Positions 12,431-25,199 of a DNA stretch of 64,000 nucleotides are shown in pieces. Origin of the DNA: Lama glama (Eukaryota); assembly GCA_028534125.1 (NCBI GenBank), contig CM052817.1, positions 83,206,001 through 83,270,000 of the forward strand, in the 5' to 3' direction. A program made the position numbers and the translations under genes. How positions within the stretch are numbered: the stretch's first letter is position 1; the number at the start of each line of letters is the position of its first letter. The notes beneath the pieces are model-generated. The model was not told where the DNA came from and did not search any database. It saw nothing but the letters and a program-made list of their open reading frames with translations.

Positions 12431-14301
12431 TTTCTTTAACATCAAAAATAGAGAACACCAAAGGATGTTCCTTGTTCTCTTCTTTCCTGTGATGGCTTAT
12501 ACCTTCCAGATTACTGTACCCCTCTGCCTGTCATTGTCACCATTGGCCATGTTTCATTAACTATAAAGTTACAGAATTGATATAGATAAGGATGAATATA
12601 ACAGATATAGAAAGAAAAATTGTAGGGATAGATGAGGAAGTAGTAAGTTGTTCATCTTATCAAACTTCTCATACAATAGAGCATTTGCTATTGGTTTTCT
12701 AACTGATGAAAGTGTAAATCTTTGAAGAATGGGCAAGTAATGGAAGAAGTACAAATCTACCTTTCTAGTATCTGAACCTCCCATTTTATTTCTGGTCTCA
12801 TCCACTCTCTACTTAATCAAAACCTTTTCTACAGTCTAGAATAAAATCGATTCCTTTCATGAATCTATGCACATTCAAAATTATTTTGATTAAATTTGGA
12901 AAAAGCAAATCTAGCTAAATTGCAATTTAGCCCAAAAGTCAAGGCTAGTTCTTCAACACCAAGAGCTTTGATTAAATGCATTATCCAGAAGTGTACATCT
13001 TAGAAATAGAAAAAACTGGAGGCCATGTGCTTGAATAGTGGTAGTGGTAAAAGGAACTTTATACCCAACGAAGAGAAGACATAAGGGTGAGACACCATGA
13101 TAAAATGGCTGCTTTCAAATATTTTAAAAAATAGTCATAAGAGGCAGAGCAAAGTATCAAAAGGTGTACCTGTGTATTGATTAATAAATTTGATGACACT
13201 GAAATGTAGATTTTGATTAAATACAAAAAAAAAAAGACTTGCGCAAAAGAATTAATCAAGCAGAGGCTAGATAATCAATAATCAGGGGTTTTATAGAAGG
13301 GATCCCTGCACTGAGAAGTTTGATCCATTCTATGTAATAACCTTAAATCTTGTCAATGTTTTAATTTCAGGAGAAAAGATAGCTCCTCTGAAACAGAAAA
13401 TTTCTTTTCCAACCTGTAACACTATCTTCTAAATGATAGTTATTGAAAGAAAGGATTTTATGAATAAAAAATGTCAAATAAATATTAGAAGGGTTCTTTT
13501 TTTTGCTAATTAATAGGCAAAAAAGCATTCCCAGAAATTCCTCTAAGCTAAATGATGTATAGAGAAATTTTTCTGTAATATCCCCTGAGCCAACTAATAC
13601 ATAACAAAGCTCTGATTTATACAGTAGAAGCCAGTCTCACTTGGCAGAGAAACTCCACACTATGGGAAGAATCACAAGGTTTAACCATATTACAGATTAA
13701 AGATTTCTCTTAAAACTTGGTAAAAGAAATATTTTGAAGGACTCACTTTCTGGATATTGAATGCTTAGACACTGGAATAGTTAGAAATATCATATATCAG
13801 TTTTTCTTCAGAGAGTTCAAGACCCAGGGGTCTCATTAAGCACACCTGAAAGAATTATGATGTCTGATAATTAATTCCACACATATTGTTTTATTCTGTT
13901 AGGTTTTATACCTGAATGCAAGCAAAGCAAAGGAAAGAAAACAATAAGGGATTCAGAATTCTCTCACACCCAATCTCTACTAATAGGAAGAGAGAAGTCT
14001 ACTGTGTAAGTAAATTAGGCTGGATTTCTTACACACAGCTTCCCAAAATATACCTTCTCTTGAATTATACAGCTTGTTATCAAGCACTTAATAACTTTAC
14101 TTGACAGTAAGTGAAGAAAAAAACCATTCCTAACCTCTAACTTTCTAAATACCTATCATTCACACTTAGAAACCTTGGCACAAACCTTTCATTGGCTATC
14201 TTTTCCCAAGCTCCAATTCCTTTCTAACTGACACCCAACTCCACCTCTACCTCACTTCTCCTTTATTAGTTCCTTTACTGCCTTCAAGAGTATCTTTGTT
14301 C

Positions 14302-15471
14302 TAGTAAAATCATAATAAAATTTATATGGAAAAATCAAAGACCTAGAATTGTCAAAGCATTACTGAAGAAAAAGAAAGAGGCTGGAGGAATAACTCTCCC
14401 AGACTTCAGACAATACAATAGAGCTACAGTCATCAAGACAGCATGGTATTGGTACCAAAACAGACATATAGACCAATGGAACAGAATAGAGAGCCCAGAA
14501 ATGAACCCACAAACTTTCAGTCAACTAATCTTCAACAAAGGAGGCAAGAATATACAATGGAATAAAGATAGTCTCTTCAGCAAATGGTGTTGGGAAAACT
14601 GGACAGCAGCATGTAAAGTAAGGAAGCTAGAACACTCCCTTACACCATACACAAAAATAAACTCAAAATGGATCAGACCTAAACATAAGACAAGATACAA
14701 TAAACCTCCTAGAAGAAAATACAGGCAAAGCATTATCTNNNNNNNNNNNNNNNNNNNNNNNNNNNNNNNNNNNNNNNNNNNNNNNNNNNNNNNNNNNNNN
14801 NNNNNNNNNNNNNNNNNNNNNNNNNNNNNNNNNNNNNNNNNNNNNNNNNNNNNNNNNNNNNNNNNNNNNNNNNNNNNNNNNNNNNNNNNNNNNNNNNNNN
14901 NNNNNNNNNNNNNNNNNNNNNNNNNNNNNNNNNNNNNNNNNNNNNNNNNNNNNNNNNNNNNNNNNNNNNNNNNNNNNNNNNNNNNNNNNNNNNNNNNNNN
15001 NNNNNNNNNNNNNNNNNNNNNNNNNNNNNNNNNNNNNNNNNNNNNNNNNNNNNNNNNNNNNNNNNNNNNNNNNNNNNNNNNNNNNNNNNNNNNNNNNNNN
15101 NNNNNNNNNNNNNNNNNNNNNNNNNNNNNNNNNNNNNNNNNNNNNNNNNNNNNNNNNNNNNNNNNNNNNNNNNNNNNNNNNNNNNNNNNNNNNNNNNNNN
15201 NNNNNNNNNNNNNNNNNNNNNNNNNNNNNNNNNNNNNNATTTCAAAATGTAGAATAGATAAACAAGATTATACTGTATAGCACAGGGAAATATGTACGAG
15301 ATCTTATGGTAGCTCACAGAGAAAAAAATGTGACAATGAATATATACATGTTCATATATAACTAAGAAATTGTGCTCTACACTGGAATTTGAAACAACAT
15401 TGTAAAATGATTATAAATCAATAAAAAATGTTAAAATAAATAAATAAGTAAATAAACTAAAATTTTTAAAA
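14302..15471 (+). mobile_element. Young 5'-truncated L1 with 16-bp TSD, interior lost in an assembly gap
   Basis: TSD aagagtatctttgttc at 14286-14301 and 15472-15487. ORF2 peptide ...[26 protein letters not shown]...[12 protein letters not shown]. 3' UTR and A-rich tail follow the gap. Confidence 0.95.
14739..15238. other. Assembly gap (500 N)
   Basis: Run of exactly 500 N. Confidence 1.
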
Positions 15472-15749
15472 AAGAGTATCTTTGTTCAATTCTGACTAAA
15501 TCACCTATAGCCTCCATTTTCATGGGTATACTTTCTCTATCCTCCTTAATCTGACAATACCACATACCAAAAACCTCAATAAACATTAATCTTCACACTG
15601 TGTTCAATACAACTGTCAAGAAGGAAAAGTTTTACAGAATTTGTAGTCTTCATCAATAAGTAACCACTATTTTCAACAGTTATCTAATGATTTCTAGTGT
15701 ATAGTTAGCCTGAATTTATTTCTCCAGTTCTCCTTCCACTATCCTAGCT

Positions 15750-16480
15750 TATTTTTTCTCTTTCTATTCCCTATATATTATGCCTCAGATCTCAGTCTTA
15801 CTCTCTTGTCTCTTCATGCATTATCTTATATTAATGTCATATACTGAACTTGTATTTTGGTTGGAAAACCTCTCAAATCTAAATAAACTAAGTCTTATCC
15901 CAAATTTCAGATATTCACATCCAATTATCATGAGTCTACCACGTTCTTCTCCTCCAACCAGCATCTTCTTCTTCTCTATCTGTTAATTTGGTCCATTAGT
16001 CTCCTGATCACATGGGCAGAGTAACCCAAGGTTGAGGTTTGATTTATCCCTCCCTCTCTCTTCAACCACTTAATCAAGTTCTATTTATCCATTCTTACTA
16101 ATGCTACTCATACTTGTTACTTCCTTTCATCTCTAAAACACCTCAGTATTTGCAGTTATTGCCTACCACACAATTGTCAATGTTTTCTACTTGGGTTCCC
16201 CTTTTCCAATTCATCTCAAATCCCTTCAGTCCTGCACATCACTGACAGATGAACCATTTCCTGCTCAGTAATGTCAATGGCTCTCTGTTGCCTCCTAAAC
16301 TCATTTAAAACCTGTAGCTTAACACTAAAGGCCCCAAGCGCCCTGTATCTACCCACCAAACCCCACATCCAACCACGAAACAAATATGCCTTGATTTACT
16401 GCTTAAAGTTCTTCAGTCACTTCTCACTGCACAAAAAATTCCATCGTGGGTCAGGGGTATGGGTAACACTGCTTTCTCCA
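15750..16480 (+). mobile_element. Degenerate L2
   Basis: tttcagatattcacatccaattatc, ggtttgatttatccctccctctctc, tcaatggctctctgttgcc resemble the L2 3' region. Confidence 0.55.
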
Positions 16481-17719
16481 TTTCTCTAGTCTGCTAAACA
16501 CTCCAGGTCTTTAACCCACTCCTGAATCCTCCTCATTGAAGTAGTATTTATTTTCTGATTGGAAAGTCTGAGAAAGCTTGGTTGCTTCCCCTTCTTTCTC
16601 AGTGGGAGTCAGAGAGCTAACATTTTTCTCTACTCTTCTTTGTAGTAGTTTTCACAAAAGCAGGGCTCCATGTGTGGTGACCTACATTGTGTGTGGCCAC
16701 CACTGTAACTGGGTAAGTCTGCCTAATTCTGAACTTCAGTAATAAGGAGACCACTGTTGTCACGCATTCATGTCACTTTCTCCCATATGGATCTGATCAT
16801 TAATAAAGTTGATGTTTAGTTCTGTTGACACCATTTTATCACTCAACTGATTTATAACTAAAGCTGGAAAAACAAAGATGCCATTTACAGGCCTTCTCAA
16901 GTTCAAGACAATTCATGTTTCTTATTCTGCCCACCTTTTGGCATCACCCTGCCACTTTCTGCATCCATTCTATACGCTTGCCATGCTACCTGTAACTTCC
17001 CAGATGTGCCTTCTTGTTTTCACCAGCAGAACTGTTAATCCGCCATTTCCCCAGCTTGTGTAATCCTTCCAAATTCCTGTCCTTTATTTAAAAGCCTGAA
17101 GACAATTTGAATTTTATTACCTCTTAAAAACCATCCTTGATATTTCCAAGAAACAAATCCAATCTTGGCCCAGGTGAGCCCTACTGAAAAGCCCACCAAG
17201 TTTTATAAAGCATACATATCATATCATATCTTAGTATGTCAAATCATATAGGAGTGATTGAAATTCCTTTGAAAAGCTAACACCTAAACATACTTACTAT
17301 ACATTCTCTAGTTCAATATGCTTATAATTTCCCTCAAAAAGTATGTTACTGTACAAGTCCAACAGTTAAAAGTTGAAGTGGGATTTAGATTTAATAAGGT
17401 GTTTTTAGCCAGATGATCTAGAAATACCCGAATCTTGCCCCAGACCATAGAGAATGTCCCTTCCCATAAGGCTCCTAAGGAAGCAGACCACAGGGAATAT
17501 TGGCAAAGGAAAAAGAAAGAAAGGGGAAAAAATTCATTTTATTAGGCAGGCATTGGGTCCTAAACTCAAACGAAGACTGTATCAGTAAGCTAGAATCTGC
17601 TATGTGTTACGCTGCAGACCTAAAGGGCCTCTGAGTCAAAGTTGGAACCTCAGGTCTTATCTTTCTCTGACCAGCCACACAGAGGAAAAGACAGAAAAAT
17701 GCTAAGTCTGAAGGGGGCC

Positions 17720-18060
17720 CTGAGCCTGGTGAAGAGTAGTCTGGAGACATGCATGGGGAGCCATTTGCCTAGAGATGGTATTGAAGTTTTGAAACTAGAT
17801 GAAATCACCCAGTTAGTGAATTAAATAGGAGAGAAAAGAGCAGGACTGAGCCCTGGGAAGATTCAGAAGCACCACGTAAGACTTGAAGAGTGTCTAGAAA
17901 GAGGAAAATAGGGAGTATATCTTATCCTTGAAACCAAGAGGGCATAAAAAATATTTGAAGGAGTATTTATGACATTATTCAAATTCTACTACTGGGTCAA
18001 ATAAGAAGACGGAGAAAAAGCCCATTGGGTTCAGCAGCACGGAGATCACTGATGACTTCA
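17720..18060 (-). mobile_element. L2 fragment
   Basis: gtctggagacatgcatggggagccatttgcctagagatggtattgaag...gatgaaatcacccag...aggactgagccctggg. Confidence 0.75.
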
Positions 18061-18074
18061 AATACCCAGGGCAG

Positions 18075-18250
18075 ATGGTCGAAGTCCTAGTTTCACTACT
18101 GACTAGCTATGTGACTGTGAGCAGTCTTTGATTTCTCATCTCTCAAAACACGATGATGATGATGATGGTGACGATGATAAATCCTAACTCGAAGTGTTAT
18201 TATGCAAATTAAATAACATATATTAAATGATCAATACAGCACCTGTAAAT
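18075..18250 (+). mobile_element. MIR SINE
   Basis: tcctagtttcactactgactagctatgtgactgtgagcag...tttctcatctc...attaaataacatatat. Confidence 0.7.
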
Positions 18251-20157
18251 GTCACATCATAAGTTTTCAAATATAAACTTTTAGTCCTGGAAGAGTAAGG
18301 AGAGGTCAAAGGCAAATCAGTTCTTTCTCACACAGGCACTATGAGATATTTAATAGTTGTTTCACCACATCCATCAAACTTGTTCTTCAGCTTCCCAACT
18401 CTTCTGTTCTCTTCCCCTCCCTAATTCCTAAAAGTTATTCTCTCTAATATAGTTACTCATTTACAAAATTAAATTTCATGGCATTTTCATGAGGAAAAGC
18501 AACATGTTTTCTACATAGCTCCAGTTGCTTTTTAAGCAAATATATTTCAGTACAAGAAGTGAAGAAGCCAAGCATCTCTTTTTCATCTATAACTCAAACC
18601 CCAAGGTACTACTACCATCCTAAACAGTTTTCAGTTAGTGCTGAATACATATGCACACAGTAAATATGCATATGCAGTAACAGTGGAGTATGTAGCCTCC
18701 AAATTTACTGTACCTAATAAAATTGTGTGCTGGAACAGTCCTATCTGCCCACCATATGTCTATGGTAGAATGCTGGTGACCTAATGAAAAACTTTAATTC
18801 CCATTTGACATTCTTCATAGTAGTAATCCCTGTGCTGACAGGTGGCTAGTAATTTCAAAACTAATTATGGAGATACTACCTGCAGATGTTTGGGAATGTA
18901 CTACAAATTCTTGTAAATGGGTACCATAGGAGTATGTGGAAAATGATAGCTAATATAACTTTTATTATAAAGAGACACATTCTCCTCAGGAACATCTGGA
19001 AGATCTTGTGTATGAAAGAATTAGAGGTGGGTAACAGGGCCTGTGCAGAGAACCTTGGCACTTCATAAGTATACACAGCTTCATGGTGTCAGCAAGACAC
19101 TGATTTGGTGCAAGGATTCTAAGTCTTCACCCTGCATCACCTCCCTCTTGGGCTCAACTTCAGGACAGGAGCCAGATGCATAATTCCTCCCTTTTTTTTT
19201 CCAACAAAAGGAACAAACTAGGACAATATATCAAGTTTATAACTGCTAACAAAAGTCAATGGGTGTGCACGGATATATTTTCTGCCTACAAGTGTTCTTT
19301 AAATGAAATGTTCTGCATGTAGCTGGAATGTTAACTGTCGGTTATTCAGCTTCTCAAAAGATAACAGTCTCAAAAAAGTACAAGCATTATTTGTCAGCAG
19401 CTGCATTTTGCTAAACAAATTAAATAATGTCTATTTATACAGAAAGCACAGAGTACTGTCCAAAGGCAGATTCCTACTAGTTCCGATTGTATTTGACATC
19501 ATTTCTTAAATTATGAAATGCTTCAGCAGACTCTATTTCTGCCATGGTTAGACCTTTCACTGTTAATGATAAAATAATCCATGTAAGGTGTGTGGATCAA
19601 TGCATTATATGTATAATTTGTTTCCCAGTGATTCCATGTTTCTTAAACTATCTCTCTTTAAAGCTTGTACTTTTTGCTTTTGTAAACAAAAGAGTTTTGT
19701 CTATAAAACTGCCCTGCAGTCTATACTAGAGATCATATATCTGAAATAAAATATTTAAACATTTATTCTTTGTATTATAGCAGTAAATTCTATTTAAAAA
19801 TAGTCATGGCCCTTGCTAACAGTATTTTTTACAATTTGAAGTCAAAAATTACTAACCAAATGATTCGATTACTCATAAATGCCAGCTCTTTTTCGGAGAT
19901 ATTAAATATCATAAATTACACTTGTACAGAACTTTGTGAAGCACTTTTACACTTTTTATGATTTAGATTTCACTACAATCTAGTGAAATAGCTAGGATTG
20001 ATGTTTCTGGTTTCATCATCCATGAAACTGGAGTTCAGCAAAATAAAACAGCTTTTAGGATTACATGACTAATACACACACAAACCAGGGAGAAACCAAC
20101 TGAGACTTTCTGGTTCCTAGCTGATTGCTTTGGACAATTCATGAAGCTTCTTCAACA

Positions 20158-20160
<3 letters not shown>

Positions 20161-20201
<41 letters not shown>

Positions 20202-20223
20202 CATCATCATCATCATCATCATC
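20161..20223. repeat. (CAT)n microsatellite, about 21 units, one interruption
   Basis: Direct inspection. Confidence 0.95.
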
Positions 20224-20289
20224 ACCACCACAATCTAAAAGACAGACTTTACCTCCAAAATGTTCAGCTCTTTCTCAGAGTTATTCATA

Positions 20290-20888
20290 CTGATTTCGGG
20301 GTATTAAAGAATTAACCTTACTCAAAGAAATGTCTGCTTTTGCCCTCTTTGATTAGGAGGTGTTCTCTAGGAAGAACGTCTTTACTTACTTGGGGCCCTG
20401 ACCACCTAACAGTCTAACCATGTGAATCATCATGGGAGTTTTGGGCCCTGTAGTAACAATACTACCTCCAGGAGGGATGACGACAGAAGGTCAACTATGT
20501 GGGCAGTAAACCATGGAGCCCCAATAAAATTCTGGACATTAAGGCTCAGACAAGCTTCCTCAGTTAGCGATACTCTGAATTATCACACATCATTGCTGGC
20601 TGTCCATGACTCCAGGGGCAGAGGACAGCTGGAAGCACCATGTTTGGAATGCTCCTGGACTCTGCCCCATACACTTCTTCCTTTGGATGATTTTAATCTG
20701 TATCCTTTCACTGCGATAAACTACAACCGTTGACTGTAAGAGCTTTCAGTGAGTTCTGTGATCTTAGCAAATTTTTGAACCTGAAAGGAGAACCTTCTTG
20801 GGAACCCCCAAATTTGTGATTAGTATCAGAAGTGAGGGTAGTCTTGTGAACTATACTCTCTAACTTTGCATTAGGCTAACTTCTCACA
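20290..20888 (+). mobile_element. MER21-like solo LTR
   Basis: aaagaattaaccttactcaaaga...cccaataaaattctggacattaaggctcagacaagcttcc...agaagtgagggtagtcttgtg...ctaactttgcattaggctaacttctcaca. Similar to the LTR at 41905-42570. Confidence 0.8.
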
Positions 20889-22091
20889 TTCAGATGAATG
20901 TAGTATTTCTTTAAATGATCAACTGATTAGTTCTTATGCTGAAAAGAACCCCACTTTAATTTCATAAGGAATATTTGATTTATTTTAAAAAAATTTTGTG
21001 AGTATTACTAGGATTTTGACTCCACCAATATGGAAAAGAAGCACTCGAATGTAATATACAGTGTTTTCTCTCTCAACAGTAGTCTAATTTCTTTGCTATG
21101 ATAGAATAAACCCAAGCTACAATATAGTGCCAAATATTATGTGTACAATGGTTCTTTTATCTCTGTTACAACTAAATAAAGCCAACAAGGCTATGTGTCA
21201 TTTCCTCTGGCAAAGCATTAAGTCAGTTTTTTTTTTTCAGAAAATTTTGGGCAGCACAAGTCAACCAAAGCAGTAAAAGAATACCCAGCAGTTAAGCCCC
21301 TAAAAATGCTGAGAAAACTAAGAAACTGATACCCATATGTATAACAAATCCAACTTGGAAAGTGCGTAAGTCAGTTCATAAAGTTTTACATATTACTTGA
21401 GCTCAGAACTCCAGGACCTGCGCTGCACGTGCATCACTTGATTCCTCTTTTTCCAATAAGAAGAAATGAAATAAGATCTTTAATCCCTTAAGAACCTATG
21501 TGCTCTAAACATCTTTGTAAATAGAGTTTCTTGTTACAGTGACCACTGAATATCCTTTTAGGCTTTAGAATATGCCAGAAATATAAGCTTTTCTACTGGA
21601 AAGATACCTAAAATGAAGAAACTATGAGAGATTTAAATTCCTAGGAAGACATCAGTGAGCTTCCTAAAATGTCCTCAACGTGACTTCAATTAAAGGAAAA
21701 AACTTCAAAACAAATCTCTTTTCCCAGTATTTCAAAATAATAATAAAGGCAAAGTATCTCTAATTATTATTAGTCTAAAAAACACTAATTTAAGGCCTAA
21801 AATAAAAACTTACTAGAGATGTGCAGTCATCCAAGCAGTATTATCTCATTTAAGTTTCTCTTGTCATCAGAGAACATGTTACATACATTCTTATGTAAGT
21901 TTTGATATTGAGTAAACAAATGTATTATATCCTCCTTTTTAAGTAACATGACTTTGATTTTCTTCATGAGGCAGTGATTGATAATACTGACTAATAAGCC
22001 ACATAACAGTGCTTAAGGAGGAGACATCAAAATTGTATGATAATCTGAAAGAGCCCCAATAAGCATCTGAAAACAACTAACCCACACTTAC

Positions 22092-22153
22092 TTAAAGGCT
22101 GCTTGTTCTCTTTCAAGTTGTTGTTGGTCAAATTGATTTTTTTTTCTCTTAGC
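22092..22153 (-). other. Strong candidate 62-nt internal exon of the minus-strand host gene (probably 5' UTR; host unconfirmed, possibly PEAK1)
   Basis: Minus strand: ttttttcctcttttttgcag|GCTAAGAGAAAAAAAAATCAATTTGACCAACAACAACTTGAAAGAGAACAAGCAGCCTTTAA|gtaagt. Clean polypyrimidine tract and consensus donor. Confidence 0.65.
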
Positions 22154-24189
22154 CTGCAAAAAAGAGGAAAAAACTGATGCCAAAGTGATTATTGTGTCTT
22201 CAGTATCATCTGGAGCAAATACAAAAGAACCAAACAGGGAACACTCCTCGACTGAAAAAGGGAGGTCTGCATCAGTAGCATTTACACTCTGTTACTACAC
22301 AGAGGTTCCAGTCAAGCAGAAGGTATTACATTTTACATCCATGAGCACAAGTGTTTCTCTTTATAGGCCTTTTCCTTTACAGACTCATGAATCTGTGAGA
22401 ACAACAGACTTTATGACGATTTTCCATGGGAAAATGTTCATGAATTTTAGTAACGGCCCAGTTATCATTTCATCAGTATCCCACTGAATTGCATTGTAAG
22501 GCCAAGGCTAGCAACTTCCTATTGGAAATGCAGATAAAGAAATTGGTGCAAAAGGCTTTCATATCTTTGATTAGAAAATCATTTCTCACAAACTCTTTCC
22601 TTAACAATCTTTCATCCTCTGCTCTTCTCTTTCCCAATTTTTTTCTTTTTCCAAATAGCAAACCCCTGCTGTTTGCACAAGAGTCAGGTCAAATATCACA
22701 TTCTCTCTGAAGCTCTCCCAGACAAAACTCTGGCTTCTCCCATGAAGTCATCATACCATCCTTACTACTCCTTTAATAATTAGTGCCTAGTTCTATTAGC
22801 ACTTACATCCCTATATTGTAGTTATTTGCTACATCTTTTTGATATTTGTATCCTCAGCAGTTAGCAGAGCCACAGAATAGGCATTCAGCCAATCTTTATG
22901 ATACTAGTATTTAAATAGGTGAAAGAAAAAAAAAATGCCCCTGAGATTATGGTTAGTTTTATGTATAATTATATCCAGAAAACACTGATAGCCATGAACA
23001 TTAATATGGATTACAAAAATTCTTTTACACTAAGAAAGAAGCAAATAGAATTTCAAGTAATTTGTGCTATAAAAAAAAACCCAAATAGCAGTATTAAATT
23101 CCTACATATAATAGGACAAAACTGAGCACATATGAAAGACATTTTTCTTCCATCCTCAAGTTGTTCAATATCCATCATCACTTTAATAGTCCTGATTATA
23201 ATCCAAATGGTGCATCTGACTTAATCACCTAAAAACAGTATGTCCAGCATGTGAGGAAGAAAAAGTGGGTAAAATATTCCAGGGGAATGGTCATCTCACA
23301 GAATAATTCTTACTGAACTCAAGCTTCTGGATTCTTAGGTTATGCAAATACTGAAACCACATCAAAAACAGAATCCTGTTTCACAGACTCATGGAATCAC
23401 TGAACCATTGACTTGCATTGAGAAAACAGATTGGGAAGTGAGAAGTCAAAATGCACACAAATATTTACAATGTGAATTAAGCCTCCTTTATTTTACAAAT
23501 AAAAAAATAAACTAATGCCCAGAGACACTGAATGACCTATAGAAGATCACCCTCCTTGCTGACTCTGGTCACATTAATGAAAGGGTGCCGAGATAGCTTG
23601 AAAGGTCCATATGACAATTTTATTCTGCCATCTCCCACCAAAACCTCTGGGCATGCAGCTTGACGGCTACCATTTATACATTCATATAAGAAGGGCTGAG
23701 ATCCTTTATACTGGATACAGCAGCTCCCACATAATAGAATGCTGACATGTTCTACCAGGAGTAACTTTCCTCAGAAGATATGGAAAGTAACTGAGCTTAT
23801 AAGATAATATGGCAAAGTTTGGGTGCTGATAATTTATTCTAATATTTTTCTAAGCCTGTTCTACTCTTACAGTAATATCTCATTTATATGTTTATTAGCA
23901 TCATTCTGAATCATTACCACAGACTTCACTACTTGTCCTAACCAGCCTTCTCACAAATATGGGCACCTACTGACAGGTTTACTAAACAAGAGTTTTCACT
24001 TTGCCAAAATCTTCCCATTGAAAAAGCCATTTCAAAGACCAATCTCTGCTAATAATGGGTCAGAAACAGTAAATGGTTCTTGTGGAGGATTTTCTGTGTG
24101 TTTGTTAATAATTGCTTAATTCTCTTAAGATTACTTATCACAATCTAGTGATGTTTTTCTTGTAGTATTTGAATATTAATAAAATTACC

Positions 24190-24700
24190 TGTGGAACCAT
24201 CAAAGAAAAATTGCACAAGTTAAACAACCAAAGATTTTATTCAAGACTATTACAATAGGGGAGAGAGACTGAACTCAACTCTGCTGAAACACAAGGCAGG
24301 AGACTACTTAAGCCCTATGGTGAGCTAATGGAAAATCACTGGAGGACATTATTGAGGAGGTTGGCAATATGATTAAATCATCTATATTGCTAATTAGTTC
24401 TTATGGACATTAGATTCCCACCCTCCCGCACAGTCTGAGAGATATGGGTGCTCTCTTTTTTGATGATTACATTTAAAGGGGATAGTCCTAGGTCCTTGAG
24501 AAAGACATCCTTGGACTTTCAATTTGGCAAGAGGCTGGTAGAAGATTATATATCAAAGGGGCAGAGAATAAATTTACAATTACAAATGTTCTATAGTGAA
24601 TGCTTCAAGAAAAGGGAGATAGGAGCCTATATCAGAAAGACACAAACCTTTAGTCAACCTGAGGGTCACAAACAGTTTAGTCAACCTGAGGGTCATTAAT
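24190..24700 (-). mobile_element. MER67-like ERV1 LTR
   Basis: ttttattcaagactattacaataggggagagagactgaactcaactctgctgaaac...gatgattacatttaaaggggatagtcctaggtccttgagaaagacat. Confidence 0.75.
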
Positions 24701-25199
24701 ATGTTGTTCATCACTATCAGTTAAACTATAAAATCCTTATCCTAGTCATTCTTATTCAACAAGCACTAATGTGGGCCCAGGAAATTTTTAACAAACATTC
24801 TAGTGATTCTCATGCAGGAGTTTTATGGAATGGCCAACTGGTTTCAATTCTTATCAGTTGGTTGGGTTGTTTAATCCCTGTGTTGATGTTAGAGAAAACA
24901 TTCAGGCTCAGAAAGAGGGCCATGTTCTGGTGAACGGGTGCCATCTGCAATAAGCAAAGAATGGGCATGGGTAGAGTCTGGAGGCATACTGTGTAATTTC
25001 TATACTCACTGGGTGCTTCCCTATTGTACAACTCCAATCACTAGCCACTTAACTATTTCATTAAAACAAAAGTTAAATCCTGTAGAATCTATTTGCTGAG
25101 TAATCCAGTGCTTTAAGTTATCCCTGAAACACTGCAACTTTAAAGAGGAGCTACGCAGCTTAAAATCTCTTGGCTGGCACAGAAAATTTTTCATTTGTA

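Noticed and set aside
14501..15317. Long ORFs of 259 aa and 194 aa in the ORF track
   Set aside because: They run through the 500-N gap. The real part is frameshifted L1 ORF2.
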